Source: Rhynchobatus australiae (Eukaryota). From it: DNA of 64,000 nt. Position 1 is the first letter of the stretch. Every line of letters starts with the position of its first letter. Both the position numbers and the translations under genes were made by a program. This document shows positions 1-11,916 of this stretch, piece by piece. The stretch lies in NCBI GenBank assembly GCA_034780895.1, contig JAUZTB010000083.1:1000880-1064879 (forward strand), given 5' to 3'. The notes beneath the pieces are model-generated. The model did not search any database, had not been told where the DNA came from, and saw only the letters and a list, made by a program, of their open reading frames with translations.

Positions 1-152
1 ACATACATTTCCGTGAAAGGGAAGCGGAACACCAGGGCTTCCGGACGTGAGATCCCGCAGGGAGAGCACCTACTGAACCTAGTGAGGCAGCAGCAGGGAG
101 CGTCCACCTCCACACAGCGCAGTGTTACCCAGCTGACAATGAGACGCACAGC

Positions 153-156
153 AAAA
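153..156 (-). terminator. Pol III terminator (TTTT) of the tRNA gene
   Basis: AAAA on + gives T4 on -, 16 nt downstream of the tRNA 3' end. Confidence 0.55.
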
Positions 157-172
157 GCTGCCGGATCGCCAG

Positions 173-246
173 CGTCCCTACGTGGGCTCGAACCACCAAC
201 CTTTCGGTTGACAGTCGAACGCGCTGACCCATTGCGCCACAGAGAC
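173..246 (-). tRNA. tRNA-Asn-type body with GTC (Asp) anticodon; probable pseudogene or variant
   Basis: Minus strand reads GTCTCTGTGGCGCAATGGGTCAGCGCGTTCGACTGTCAACCGAAAGGTTGGTGGTTCGAGCCCACGTAGGGACG (74 nt), close to vertebrate tRNA-Asn(GTT). A and B boxes are recognisable; the anticodon loop is CT-GTC-AA; there is one mismatch each in the anticodon and T stems. Confidence 0.9.
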
Positions 247-819
247 ACTCTGAAGGAAGCAGGGATGAATGTCAGTCCCGACGAAGGGTCTCGACCCGAA
301 ACGCCGACTGTTTATTTCTCTCTGGAGCATTTCATGTGTGTTGATGAATAATTCATTCCCAGTTTGGGAGGCGGTGACGAGGGACTGGTGCTGGGAACCG
401 TTTTTTACACAATCCGCATCAAAGATTTGGATCCGGGGGTCACGGACAACATAAAACAGAAAATGCTGGAAAGACGTCGTTGGCATGTTGCGAACCTGCG
501 CGGTGTAACACCAATGGATTTCTCGTCTATCGCCTTAACCATTCAGCCAGGACTACTGCACTGTCCACAGCTGGGCAGACAGTAGGACATTGGGCATCGG
601 ATGCGATCAGTATATCCCGGGATGGACGGGGACAGCAGCGATCCCGGAGTCAGAGAAACGGGACTAATACTGAACTGAAAACAGAAACTGCCGGAAATAT
701 TCAGTAGGTCGGGCAGCGTCTGTGGAAGGAGAAACAGCGTTAACGTTTCAGGTCGACGATCGTTCACCCTGAAATTTGGGCGGGAAGTTGGACGAAATGA
801 GTCTCACTCAGAACAGGAC

Positions 820-1303
820 ATGGTTTCCTCACCCCGCCACCACACCCCTAGGCCTCCTATTTTGCTCTGAGTCTCTGAACGTGGGCATCAGCAGCAAGGA
901 CAGCGGTTATTGCCGTTCCCCAGCTACCCTGGAGAAGGTGGTGCCGGACCGCCTCCCTGGGCTGCTGCGCTCCGCGTGATGAGGGAGATCCCACTAGGGC
1001 CTCAGTGACAGGGCTCTAGGATTCTGACACGGCGCCCAGGCGGCGATGGCGATGGGTGATTCTGCAGGGTGCCGCTTCAAAAGCAGTCACCAGGTAACAC
1101 CATTGGAGTGGTCTGGAGTCACATTCAACCCAGAGCGGGTGAGGAGAGCTGGTTTCCTTCCTCTGGCACCCGAGAATCAGCAGGTGGGGGAGACTGAGTT
1201 CGGTTGGCGGGGCTGAGTTGATGTCCCGTTTCTTGTCAAAGGGCACGGACCTGACACTTCTCTCTTCTCTCTCTACGGGCGCTCCGTGGCCTGCTGAGTT
1301 TTA
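820..1303 (+). repeat. Local duplication copy 1 (about 0.5 kb), built from decayed LINE-derived pieces
   Basis: Aligns by eye with 2251-2785 (ggtttcctcaccccgccac ... ctaccctggagaaggtggt ... gtggcctgctgagtt). Confidence 0.8.
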
Positions 1304-2250
1304 NNNNNNNNNNNNNNNNNNNNNNNNNNNNNNNNNNNNNNNNNNNNNNNNNNNNNNNNNNNNNNNNNNNNNNNNNNNNNNNNNNNNNNNNNNNNNNNNN
1401 NNNCCGATCTCTGTTATTGAAGAAAACAGAGAAAGGAAAAGGAAGTTGTTCACAGTTCGTCTGACATCAGTGTGACGAAAAATTCTGGAATCTACTGCTA
1501 CAAATTCTATCTGCAGGGTATGTTGAAAATCAAAACGTGATTGAGAAAAGCGAAAACGATTTAAAATTGGAAATAGTTTTTGCCAAATCTATTACAATAT
1601 TGCGAACGTATAATTCGCTTGGTAATTAGCAAAACACTGCCATTCGAGGGTTTTTTTTTGTTTCGAATTTGCGTTCCTGGGATATATTAGTCAAAGTAAC
1701 ATGAAAGCGGAGCGTGGAAATTAAAAAAGTAATTTTCAGGAGATCATTTTGCAATCAGCGTGGTATGCAGATGCGTGAGAGAGGTAAAGAAACACTCAGA
1801 TTCAAGGCGGTAATTCCCAGCGTTTGGACAAGGAACCGTTAAGTGAATCAAAGTGTGAGATGGTTTAGAAACAAGTTGGATTTCTGCCACAAGCAACGTT
1901 GTCTTTATTTCATTCAATAATTTGATCAGGTAGTTGGGAATTTAGTATAAAGCAATGTAAATTATTTGGTAAGGACGATGAGAGTTGTGCACATACACAG
2001 TGGCAAAGATTGTTCTCTGTGTATAAACTGCCTTCCCTTTGTGGCTTCGACCTTCAACAAGGAAGCTTATTGAAAGGGGCAATTTGTCATCAATGGATTT
2101 GTTGCATATCGTATTGTGATCGATGCAGATTCAAGCAAGCACGTATTCAACGTCTATGGAGGAACAGAATGAACGTTTCAGGACGATGACCTTTCTCCCT
2201 AAACTCCTGCTGGGCAGCTGGACGGAGGGAGTCCAACTCATGGTGGGGTA

Positions 2251-2785
2251 GGGTTTCCTCACCCCGCCACAACACCCCCAGACCTCCCAGATTGCTCTGA
2301 GTGTGGGCATCAACTGTAGGGATAGCGATTATTGTCATTCCCCATCTACCCTGGAGAAGGTGGTTCCTGGCCGCCTCCCTGGGCCGCTGCACTCCCGTGT
2401 GGTGAGAGCGCTCCCTCTGGGTTGTCCGTGACGGGGCTCCAGGATTCTAACCCGGCGCCTAGGCAGTGACGGCGATGGGGGGGACTCTTCAGGGTGGCCT
2501 GGGCTGGGCGGCCGAGACGGTTTCACTCTCCTCTTCCTTTCAAATCCATCCGACGGGTTTGGCCGGTCGTCACCAGAGAACACCAGTGGGGTGGTCTGGA
2601 GTCACATACAGTCCAGAGCGGGTGAGTAAGGCGGGTTTTCTTCCTCCAGCACGCTGGATTCAGCAGGTCGGAGAGACTGAGATCGGTTGGCGGGGCTAAG
2701 CTGATGTTCCGTCTGCTTTCATAGGGCATTGACCTGACACTTCTCTCTTCTCTAGCCACGGGCGCGGCGTGGCCTGCTGAGTTAT
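2251..2785 (+). repeat. Local duplication copy 2
   Basis: Homologous to 820-1303, with a central insertion near 2480-2570. Confidence 0.8.
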
Positions 2786-2889
2786 ACAGCATGTTTTGCT
2801 GTCATGTCCAATTTCTAGCAACCCGGTACTTATGGGCTCTTTGGACCAGACGCTGGTTATACAAAGGCAGAGGTGGGCTGGGGCGAGTG

Positions 2890-3230
2890 TGTTATCGGTG
2901 CGATAAATTCTACCCTGTCTTGCACGAGTGAATTTTACTGAGTATTAAGGGGGCGGAGGAGCCTTGGCGTTCAGGTACAGAGACCGTTAACGTAATAGAA
3001 AATGCGGATAAGGGTACGACGCATCAAAGCGTGGGAGTTGCTTCATGAGACGGTGCCTGGAACATAACAGCAGGGTGGTTTTGTTTCCAAGCATGTTAGA
3101 GTTTGTGCGGGCCCACAAACTCAAATTCTGTTCGCCACACTGCAGGGACGGCCAGATTTCGCGACAGAGGTGTTCGAGGAGATTCACCAGGATGTCTCTT
3201 CCATTATAAAGGTTGTTCCCTTTGGAACAG
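2890..3230 (+). mobile_element. Decayed CR1 LINE ORF2 3' fragment
   Basis: Remnants of the CR1 C-terminal region (ttctgttcgccacactgcagg ... gaggagattcaccaggatg, i.e. FWSP.. RRFTRM). Confidence 0.6.
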
Positions 3231-3445
3231 CAGAGATTGCGACGTGCTGTAATTGGGGTGCGTTAACTGACAAAGGACACAGGAAGAGTAGTCAGAGGGA
3301 AGCCGCTTCTGTTGGCGATGGGACTGGAACAAAAGTACACGGACNNNNNNNNNNNNNNNNNNNNNNNNNNNNNNNNNNNNNNNNNNNNNNNNNNNNNNNN
3401 NNNNNNNNNNNNNNNNNNNNNNNNNNNNNNNNNNNNNNNNNNNNC

Positions 3446-3577
3446 GGGTTTATGTTGCAGTTCCTCAGTATCTGCACCAACACTTGTATCTATAGAGTGA
3501 CATAGTGGAAATTCAAGGAGGAGCTAAAGAATAGAGTACAATGCCTGGTTACAGTAAATGAGATGCTCTGCAGATAG
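3446..3577 (+). pseudogene. GPR139-like GPCR C-terminal fragment (TM7/helix 8) with premature stop
   Basis: GFMLQFLSICTNTCIYRVT*WKFKEELKNRVQCLVTVNEMLCR* aligns with GYMLQILSMCTNTCIYTVTQRKFREELKKSVIYLFTFNGRLCR* of the 10918 gene. CAG>TAG at 3503-3505; the 5' part is lost in the gap. Confidence 0.88.
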
Positions 3578-4149
3578 CATACAGATCGAATTGTAACTGA
3601 TCTCAAACCTTCTTCGGTTTAGTAAATTTGCCATAAATCGTCGTCTTTGGTCATCATGTTACGCAGAAATGAACATAATTAATTTGGTTCAACACGGGAA
3701 AGTGGTCAATGGTTTCAGAGCTAGCAATCCCATCGTTGCATTGATAGAGATAATTGCAAATCACTGGATTGATGCAGGAACTGGACATTTTAATTAAGTG
3801 CTGGCCATGCGATAGTTAAACTAGTGGACTTATGTTCCACAAGTTCATATTTTTCTGTGGCAGATAAAAAAATGAAATATCAAAAGCTGGCCTCAAAGTG
3901 AGCCAGAACATGTCTGATTTATATACAAACAGTGCAAAACTGTTGACTGATGCTTGTCCATTGAGGAAACTCATCATTTTTATAGAACTGACGTACACAC
4001 GAGTCGAAACATAAAATGCTGATCCAATCCAAAAATCGTCATGCTTTGCATTATTTGATGTTCATTTAGAATTGGAGAGGGTTGACATCGCAAAGTGTCA
4101 GTGGCGTGAAAAGACAATGTTTTCCATCAGCATTATCACTGACCAAAGG

Positions 4150-4510
4150 ACACACGAGAGACCGCAAATGCGGGAATCTGGTGCAAATAAAATAAGTGGC
4201 GGGAAGAACTTAACGGGCCAGGCAGTATCTGTGGAGGCAATGGTGTGATCATCTTACGGGTCGTAGTTCTGTATTGCAACTGAGAATGTAGTGTGAAAAT
4301 AGCCCGGAGAACGAAGTCAGACGGAGCGGTGAGACAGAGGCTAAATGGTGAGAGTTGGAACGAGGGGTGGTGGTAAACTATGGGCAGAAAGATCCAGCTG
4401 GAGCGGGTAGTGGTGGAGGTGGGAGACAGCGGATGGTTGGTCGCAAGTAGAAATAGATGAGATGGAGCCAGGTAGTGAAAAGCCGATGGTGGAGTAACCA
4501 ACTGGAACCA
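4150..4510 (-). mobile_element. Penelope-like element 3'/terminal fragment (non-coding)
   Basis: Contains the gcaaatgcgggaatctgg...gaacttaacgggccaggcagtatctgtggagg terminal motif that recurs across the window (e.g. near 670-760, 29640-29730, 33815-33935). Confidence 0.5.
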
Positions 4511-6659
4511 TTTGTTTGATATAATTTTCCACCTGATTTGGAGAGGTGGCCTGCGAGATTGGGTTAAAAAATCTGAGGATGCATGGGTGGGGCAAATCTG
4601 CATCCTCTGCAGCTTGTGACGGTGTAGGAATAACATTGATTTGCCGCATCGGCTGCGGATTAACATGATTCTTTGACGTGTACTTTTTGGATTAATGTTG
4701 CCGTCACCTGTCCAAGTTCTACTGCATTTTTGTGTTTGTGGATTGGTGAAAATAAGAAAGCAGCCACGTGGTGATTATGACCCAAACAATGACCAAATTG
4801 TCAGTTGTAAGGCTGACTGATGCTGAACAACTGATGAGCAGAGGGGATATTTGGAAAGAGAAGCAGAATATTGAAGTCCCTTCTTGGGCGTCTCTCCGAT
4901 CCCGAACTCACCGCAGATTGGGCAGCTAAAATCTAAATGAATAATGGACAGGCAATTGAAAACATAAATGTAAGGTCAAACGATCCGACCCCTTCTGCCA
5001 TTTACTGATTGAAAATTTAACCTTCAATTCTGTTTACATTTAGAAGTATTGGGCATTGGGCCATTGAATAAGAGTCTCTCATCGGACATATGGCTAATCA
5101 CGATACGACGGACGAACCCGTTGATTATGCCAGTTTTATTATTCCACTGTGTGTGCTTTAGAAGACTCGCGAGCTCACATCATTTCAATCACTCCGAAAC
5201 CGATTCATTTCGCGCATCCATCGTCCACCACGTGTCGGTTAGGCATCGAAATTCATTCACCCGGACTGGACCAGCACTTCTTCCCGAGGATATTGACAGG
5301 ACTGGCTGGAGGAAGGACTATTAGGGAACCCAACATTTATGGAATCTGTCTTTGACATATCTATTATGTGCCCGCTGTTCACCGAAAACTTTATGTTTCG
5401 CCAGCAGTTCAAGGATCCTGACCTCATAACAGCTTGAACCAAACTTACCATTAAAACGTCAATACCAGATGTAAGGTGAGAGTGACTGTTGGTACATGCG
5501 GCTAACTTTTGACTTAGTGGAGTTCGAGTGAAACGTAAGTCAGTGGAAATCAAAGAGAACACTCGCAACTCACACAAAAGAAGATTGTCGTGGTTGTCTG
5601 GGGCCTGTCAATTACTGCAGGAATTTTTTAGGTGTATCTCCCACGTCCAACATTCTTCAGAAGTTTATCAATTACCTTTCTTCCATCATTAATCCTCTCG
5701 GCCCATCGAGTCCATACGCACCATCGCAATAATACACACTGGCACATTCCTCCTCTCTCATCCCCTTCAAATCCTCCCGACGATTCACCTGCCTCCCACC
5801 GCATTTTGAAGAGCTGCCTGACCACGTTAAATGATTAATACTCGTATCCTCTGAGTACTTTTCCTCTTCCCCTCATACCGGTACCGACCTCCTTTTTAAA
5901 TTGAATTTGTTTCACTTGAATCCCCGCGTTATTTTTAAGCGCTGTTCTGTCCACGTGTTGTTGTCTTGTACCATATTAGACGAAGGTGAATACGTTTCAA
6001 AACATTATTTTTTCCCTCCCTATTCCATCCCTCATCACAGAAATTTTGTTTTCATTCTGTTTATTTGGTCTATTTCTTCAGTAAAACTCCTTTGAAACTG
6101 ATGCAGCAATTGACAACGTGAGGGACGTCAATGCGGATATTGCTCACTGGCAGAGCGCGTGTTCGCATTGATCAGTCCCCGGATAAAATGGCCACATTCT
6201 CTATACCCTTCGTTAACATTTTTAAACGTGATTGTTCTTTTACCCCATGCATCATAGAATGCATTCAAGGATTGCCAGAGCCCATCCGAGCTGTGCAGTT
6301 CAGTGAATCGCTGTCCAACCACATTTCTCTGCAGATTGTTTATCTGGGTGGAGCCTATCCAAGTATTCTTTGGAAACTATGAATTGTTCTGTTTCCTACA
6401 ATAAGATAGGCTGCGGATGCAGGATATTAATTTTTCTAAATGTTAGAAACGAAGCCTTCTCCCGCGATGATGATTAGCACAAAATTCCATTTTCCCTCTT
6501 GGTCCCTCTAAAACCAGCGAAAGGAATTTGTTCCCTCTTTTTGTCCAATTCATACCATACAGAATCGTAAATACTTCAGTCACCAGTCAAATCAATCATC
6601 GAAGGGAAGAATGGTTAGCGTGGTCTCGCTGGGTCCACTCACAAATGGAGATATATGTA

Positions 6660-7116
6660 TGGTAGAGAACATTCTGACGAATCGATTCACACCCCGGTAT
6701 GGAGTCTCGAATGCAGAAGATTGCTCGAGGCTGCAGGTTCTAGACTCAGCCAGCTCTACCACAGGCATAATACTCCCCAGCACTGAGGACATTTTCGAGA
6801 GGCGGTGCCTGAAGAAGTCGGTGTCCATGACTATGAACCCTCACCACCCGGGGCATGCGCTTTTCATGGGATTACCATCGGGGAGGACGTGCAGGAGCCT
6901 GAAGACCCACACTCAGCGATTCAGAAACAGGTTCTTCCCCTCTTACATCAGATATATGAATATCCACGAACCCATGAATACAGCCTTATTATTTTTTGCT
7001 CCATTTATTTATTTTTGTAAAAGAGAATAATTTTATGTTTTTGCATTGAAGTTCTGCGGCAAGGTCGCAAATTTCATGTCATAGAAGTCAGTGACATTAA
7101 TACTTATTCTGATTCT
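6660..7116 (+). mobile_element. Rex1/Babar LINE 3' fragment
   Basis: ENILT...RCLKKSVSM..NPHHPGHALF..LPSGRTCRSLKTHTQRFRNRFFPS is the typical Rex1 ORF C-terminus, followed by a tail ending attctgattct. Confidence 0.85.
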
Positions 7117-7349
7117 AAAGAACCGTGGAGTGCTTCACGGCGGACCAGGTGCAGGCAAGCGGGAGTTGGGTTGCAAATGCATCTGCGATTCATGCAGCAG
7201 ACTATTAGACATTCCTTTTTAATGGGAGATTTTCTGTGATTCCATCAATAACGAAGCTCTAGATCATTGTACCTCCCCATGCTGGCGATGTTTAAGGGCT
7301 GTAAGTCCACTTATGTGGTATAAATTGAGAAAGTACTGCCTGCGTCATT

Positions 7350-7760
7350 GTGTCATGCAGCTTTACAGCAAGGAAACTGGCCCGTCGGCCTATACGTCCA
7401 TGCTGACCAAGCTGCCGATTTGATCGATTGATATTTATCTGCATTAGGCCCATATCCCTCCAAACCGTTCCTGTCCAGATACCTGTCTTTTAACAGTTCT
7501 CCCTGCTGCCGCCTTTGCCACTTCCTTTCCAGTCTCTTTCCATGTGCACACCGTCCTCCATATGAAAATGTTGCCTTCAGATCCCATTCAATATTCAACA
7601 GTCATAGCCTATGCATATCCTTCTTTGTAAGTCAAGCACCCCAGTCCAGATAACTTCCAGTTCCATCTTTTCTGCACCATCTCTCGCTGAACCATTGCCT
7701 TTCCACAGTATGGAGACTAGAAATGCACTCTAGGTGCGCTCTCATCAGTCTCCGCGATTC
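7350..7760 (-). mobile_element. CR1 LINE 3' end, decayed
   Basis: Minus-strand RYLDRNGLEGYGPNA plus a CR1-type 3' UTR. Confidence 0.65.
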
Positions 7761-8279
7761 AATTGATGCAGTAATCGAACGAAACCTAAATCGGTTTTGC
7801 AACTGTGCAAAAGAAAACAGCAGTAACAATGTGGAGAACAGAATTTGGAAAGGTTCTTCCTCCTGTATCTAAAAAGAACAACGAGGCACCAGACTATTCA
7901 TAGGTAGTATTGGGCAAAGAAACCAATTAATGATTTACTTGTTAAGCGGTCACGGTGGAAAGCTGAGAAAGATATGAAAAATTATTTCAACACAAGAGAA
8001 ATGATTTATTTCAATCCAGGATCTGAGACCTGAATAAATTCGAAACTGAATTAAGCCCTGAGACGCGTGGCATGTATTAACTTAGGTCTGATGGGCATGA
8101 GAAGGCGCTCATATTGAAATAATCACTGAATGATACGTGTTGCTTTAAAGGAAACAAACACTGCAGTGTTCAACAGAAGATTAGCAGATGACTCCAATCT
8201 TGCTGTTAAGTCTTCCTGCATTGTGGCTAAATATACGGCTTTTATTCCAAGCTGTCTTAGAATCAGAGAACCATAGAAT

Positions 8280-8621
8280 AATCCCCAGACCCCTTCGTGA
8301 GGCGAGGGGGGAGATTGTTGAACCGCTGGTAAGGATCTTTAAGTCCACGTTGTCCACGGAGATGGTACCGGAGGATTGGAGGGTGGCGAACGTTGTCCCC
8401 TTGTTCAAAAAGGTTAGTAGGGGCAGAGCCAGGGAACTGCAGACCTGTGAGTCTCACATCTGTGGTGGTAAGCTGTTAGAAGGGATTCTAAGGGATAGGA
8501 TCTATGAACACCTGGATAATTGTGGACTGATTAGGGGCAGCCAGATTGGCTTTGTGAAAGGAAGATCTTGCTTCAAAAGCCTGATGGAGTCTTTGAGGAG
8601 GTGACAAGGAAGATTGATGAC
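8280..8621 (+). mobile_element. CR1 LINE ORF2 fragment (start of RT)
   Basis: LREARGEIVEPLVRIFKSTLSTEMVPEDWRVANVVPLFKK...GKLLEGILRDRIYEHLD...GSQIGFVKGRSC. Confidence 0.93.
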
Positions 8622-9413
8622 ATAACAATTCTAAAGGTTATGGAGCGATGGTCTCTGTCCCCCAAATACTCCCCCACCAATAGATGCTTCACTTATTCCT
8701 ATTTAGGTTCATTTCCTAAAATTAGATCTAACATTGCATTCCCTCCAGTCGGCCTGTCGACATACTGCCTCAGTAATCCATCCTCGACGCATTTAAAAAA
8801 ACTCCGTCCCTTCCAAACCGTTGGCACCAAGCAGGTTCTTAATTTTATTCACAGCGTGGCAACAGGCCCTTCCGGCCCAACGAGTTCGCGCCGCCCATTT
8901 TAAACCCCAAATTAACCTACCTGTACGTCCTTAGAATGTGAGAGGAAACCGCAGCATCCGGAGGAAACCCACGCAGACACGGGAGAAAGGGTAAACTCCT
9001 TCCATACACCGACGGGAATCGAACCCCGATCGTTGGCTCTGTAATAGCGTTGCGCTAATTGTTACGCTACCGTGCCGCCAATTCCAGTCTAAATTTGGGA
9101 AGTTGAGTTCTCCCAGTATCACAACCCTGTTATGTTTGCTGGTCTCCAAACGGTGCCTGCCAATCTGCCCTTCTATATCTCTACTGCTACCAGGGGGCCT
9201 ATAGAATATTCCCAGTACAGTAACTGCTCCTTTCTTGCTCCTTACTTCCACCCATATGGACTCGAGAGAGGATCCTTCGGCAATATCCACCCTTTCCGCA
9301 GCCGTAACCGTGTTCCTGACCAGTATCGCCACCCACCTCCTCTTCTCCCACCTTCCAGGAATATTCAATATCCACTCCTGCCCTGGCGTCAGCCACGTCC
9401 CAGTAATAGCCAC
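8622..9413 (-). mobile_element. CR1 LINE ORF2 APE endonuclease fragment, interrupted by a SINE
   Basis: ESIWVEVRSKKGAVTVLGIFYRPP...VVILGELNFPNLDWN; after the SINE it resumes LLGANGLEG...QYVDRPTGGNAMLDLILGNEP...GDRDHRSITF. Confidence 0.9.
8840..9079 (-). mobile_element. tRNA-derived V-SINE/HE1-like SINE, full length, CR1-type tail
   Basis: GGCGGCACGGTAGCG head, GGTTCGATTCCC B-box, V-domain (TGCGTGGGTTTCCTCCGGATGCTGCGGTTTCCTC) and tail TGGGCCGGAAGGGCCTGTT...AATAAAA. Confidence 0.9.
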
Positions 9414-10917
9414 NNNNNNNNNNNNNNNNNNNNNNNNNNNNNNNNNNNNNNNNNNNNNNNNNNNNNNNNNNNNNNNNNNNNNNNNNNNNNNNNNNNNNNN
9501 NNNNNNNNNNNNNACTGCAATTGTTTATTTAAATGGACTCCTGATTCTAGTTTTCCCTACCAAAATAACCATCACTGTCTACAAACGCCCGATCAGGATC
9601 GCTCAGGTCAACTGCCGCTCCTTTAAATTTCATATAATCCATCATGTACTCTCTATCCTTTCCCATAACACTACCTTATTCTCCATCAGATTTACCGTCT
9701 TGTGAACAACAAAGTTATTTAAGAAAGTGGATATATAAATTCTGCTTTCGGGGATCAGAAAACAATAATTGTTACAATTTACAAGATGTTATAAACGAAG
9801 ATGTGTTTTCGCAGTTTTCCTCATTAAAAGTGAAAATAAACAAGCGTCGTATTGGAGATTGAAGTCAGAAAATCAGACGCCACTCATTCTAGTAATACTT
9901 TTTGAATGTATATTAAGCCTCAGAGGAAATACAAGAAAATAAATAAGTAAAAACTCATGCTGGAAGTTAGAAAATTAAGCAGGGAAATTATGGAAATATT
10001 CAGGTGGTCAGAAAACGTTTTTGGAGGGAAAAATATTTGTTAGATCAAGGACACTGGTTCATTTACCCACCTTACTACATTTGCCCAAATTAATTGCACT
10101 GCCTGAGCAGTAAATTCAAGAAAAAAAAATATCCAGAAAATGCCCATGACCTTCATCAGCTTCAGTGAAAGTAATTCATTCAAAGGAAATTGGAAACTTT
10201 GTTGGAATCTAAATAATCTCCTGATCCAAGAAAGTTCGAGCGTGCACGCGTGATGGAAAGGAACTGGCCAGTGGTTTGGGGTCAACACTTGGGACAGTTT
10301 TCTTGTCTTCAGTCGCAGCTGGTTCTTAGAAGAAGCCAGATCGATTCAATAACTCATTGATACCCCTCCCAGATAGGTTCAGCTATGTCGTATTGTGATA
10401 TCGAGCACGACTTAATACGTCACGGATGCATTTTTAATTTAAGCCCCCCCCCCCCCACCTATCCGAAACGTACAAACATCGCAAAGCAGAACCATTTCAG
10501 CATAGGCCAGCGTTTTAATCTTCTTTAATACTTCAGTGTTTTTAAGGATCCCGAGGTTCCTCCTAAACGAATATTTGCCATCAAGGATCTACGATATCTA
10601 CAGAAATCCAACACATTCCATTTCACATTGACGCCAGCGTTTCATACATGAGAAACGCTTTTCAGTGTCACAGAAACCGTTTCTCAAGTTGTAAGGATCA
10701 ATAAACTAGTGAATTGGAATGTAATCATATCAGATCATCACCGCTTAGTTCGATGACTCAGTTTGGAAAGTGACCTCAATAATTGTGTTGCATTCGGTGG
10801 AGTTCTGTTCTTAATGGCCAGGTATTGGACTACGCAGATTACAGGCAAAATTCCAAAATGTTGAAGTTTTAGAATGTTTATTAGAAAACTCAGACAAGTT
10901 GCAAGTAGATTTACATG

Positions 10918-11916
10918 TTATCTACACAACCTCCCATTGAATGTGAACAGATATATCACGGATTTCTTAAGCTCTTCCCTGAATTTCCTCTGTGTCACGG
11001 TATAAATGCACGTGTTAGTGCACATACTGAGAATCTGCAGCATATACCCAAGCTGTTGAAGCACATACGTCGGGGTATTGAAATACCTGTCTGTGTAGAA
11101 ATAGTTTTGCGCTTGCCAGTTCATTGAAGACACGATAGAGGGACTCCAGAATAACATGAAATTGGCTGAAAGAGCGAACAGCCAAACCATTGATTTTCTC
11201 CGGTTCTCCGCTTCTTGGTCGTTCTGATTCTCACTGTTGCTCCGGAATTGCCTGCGGACTTTATTTGCTGCAATAACATATCTGACCGTTAACCCATTAA
11301 ACAACATAATTAAACAGATTGGTAACAACGGTGTTATGATACTGTCAATTAACTCGAATGCTTTCCATTCGGTTGCAATGGAGTATTCAGCTTTAAAAAT
11401 GCAGCGCCATGGAACGTGGTCAATTATAACGTAAGGTTCCACGGCAAAGTAAAACGGCGCGCATCTNNNNNNNNNNNNNNNNNNNNNNNNNNNNNNNNNN
11501 NNNNNNNNNNNNNNNNNNNNNNNNNNNNNNNNNNNNNNNNNNNNNNNNNNNNNNNNNNNNNNNNNNTGCACAACTCACTGCAACAACCGTCACTAAAACG
11601 ACATTCGCTGTTCTCTTGGTGCAGTATCGATCCCGCAGCCTTTGACAACAAATTGCAATAAAACGATCAAACGTGAAACCGACCGTGAGCCAAACGGAGC
11701 AGTCCATAGTTACAACCCTCAGTACAAGTGTCAGAGCGCAAATCGGAGTAATGAGCAAGAAACTGGCATAAACATAGATAACATTGATCTGTTCTAATAT
11801 TGCAACAACTACAACCATCATTAGATCTGCTGTTGCCATTCCCACCAGGTAACGGGAGACGCACTTGGAGAGTCCGCATTTTCCACGAGAGAGGATCACA
11901 ATCGCCATTAAATTAA
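10918..11916 (-). CDS. GPR139/GPR142-like class A GPCR, coding exon 2 (TM1 second half to stop); apparently intact
   Basis: Acceptor ttttaatctttgcAG at 11917-18 (phase 1). Translation: VNLMAIVILSRGKCGLSKCVSRYLVGMATADL...DCSVWLTVGFTFDRFIAICCQ...YCT...ENRRKSMVWLFALSANFMLFWSP...CTNTCIYTVTQRKFREEL. Closing the 100-N gap (11467-11566) at zero length gives in-frame VSCA|RCAPFYF. Confidence 0.93.

Noticed and set aside
8990-9079. tRNA-like A/B boxes here and at 18219, 21625, 57735, 62857
   Set aside because: These are SINE heads followed by the V-domain, not tRNA genes.
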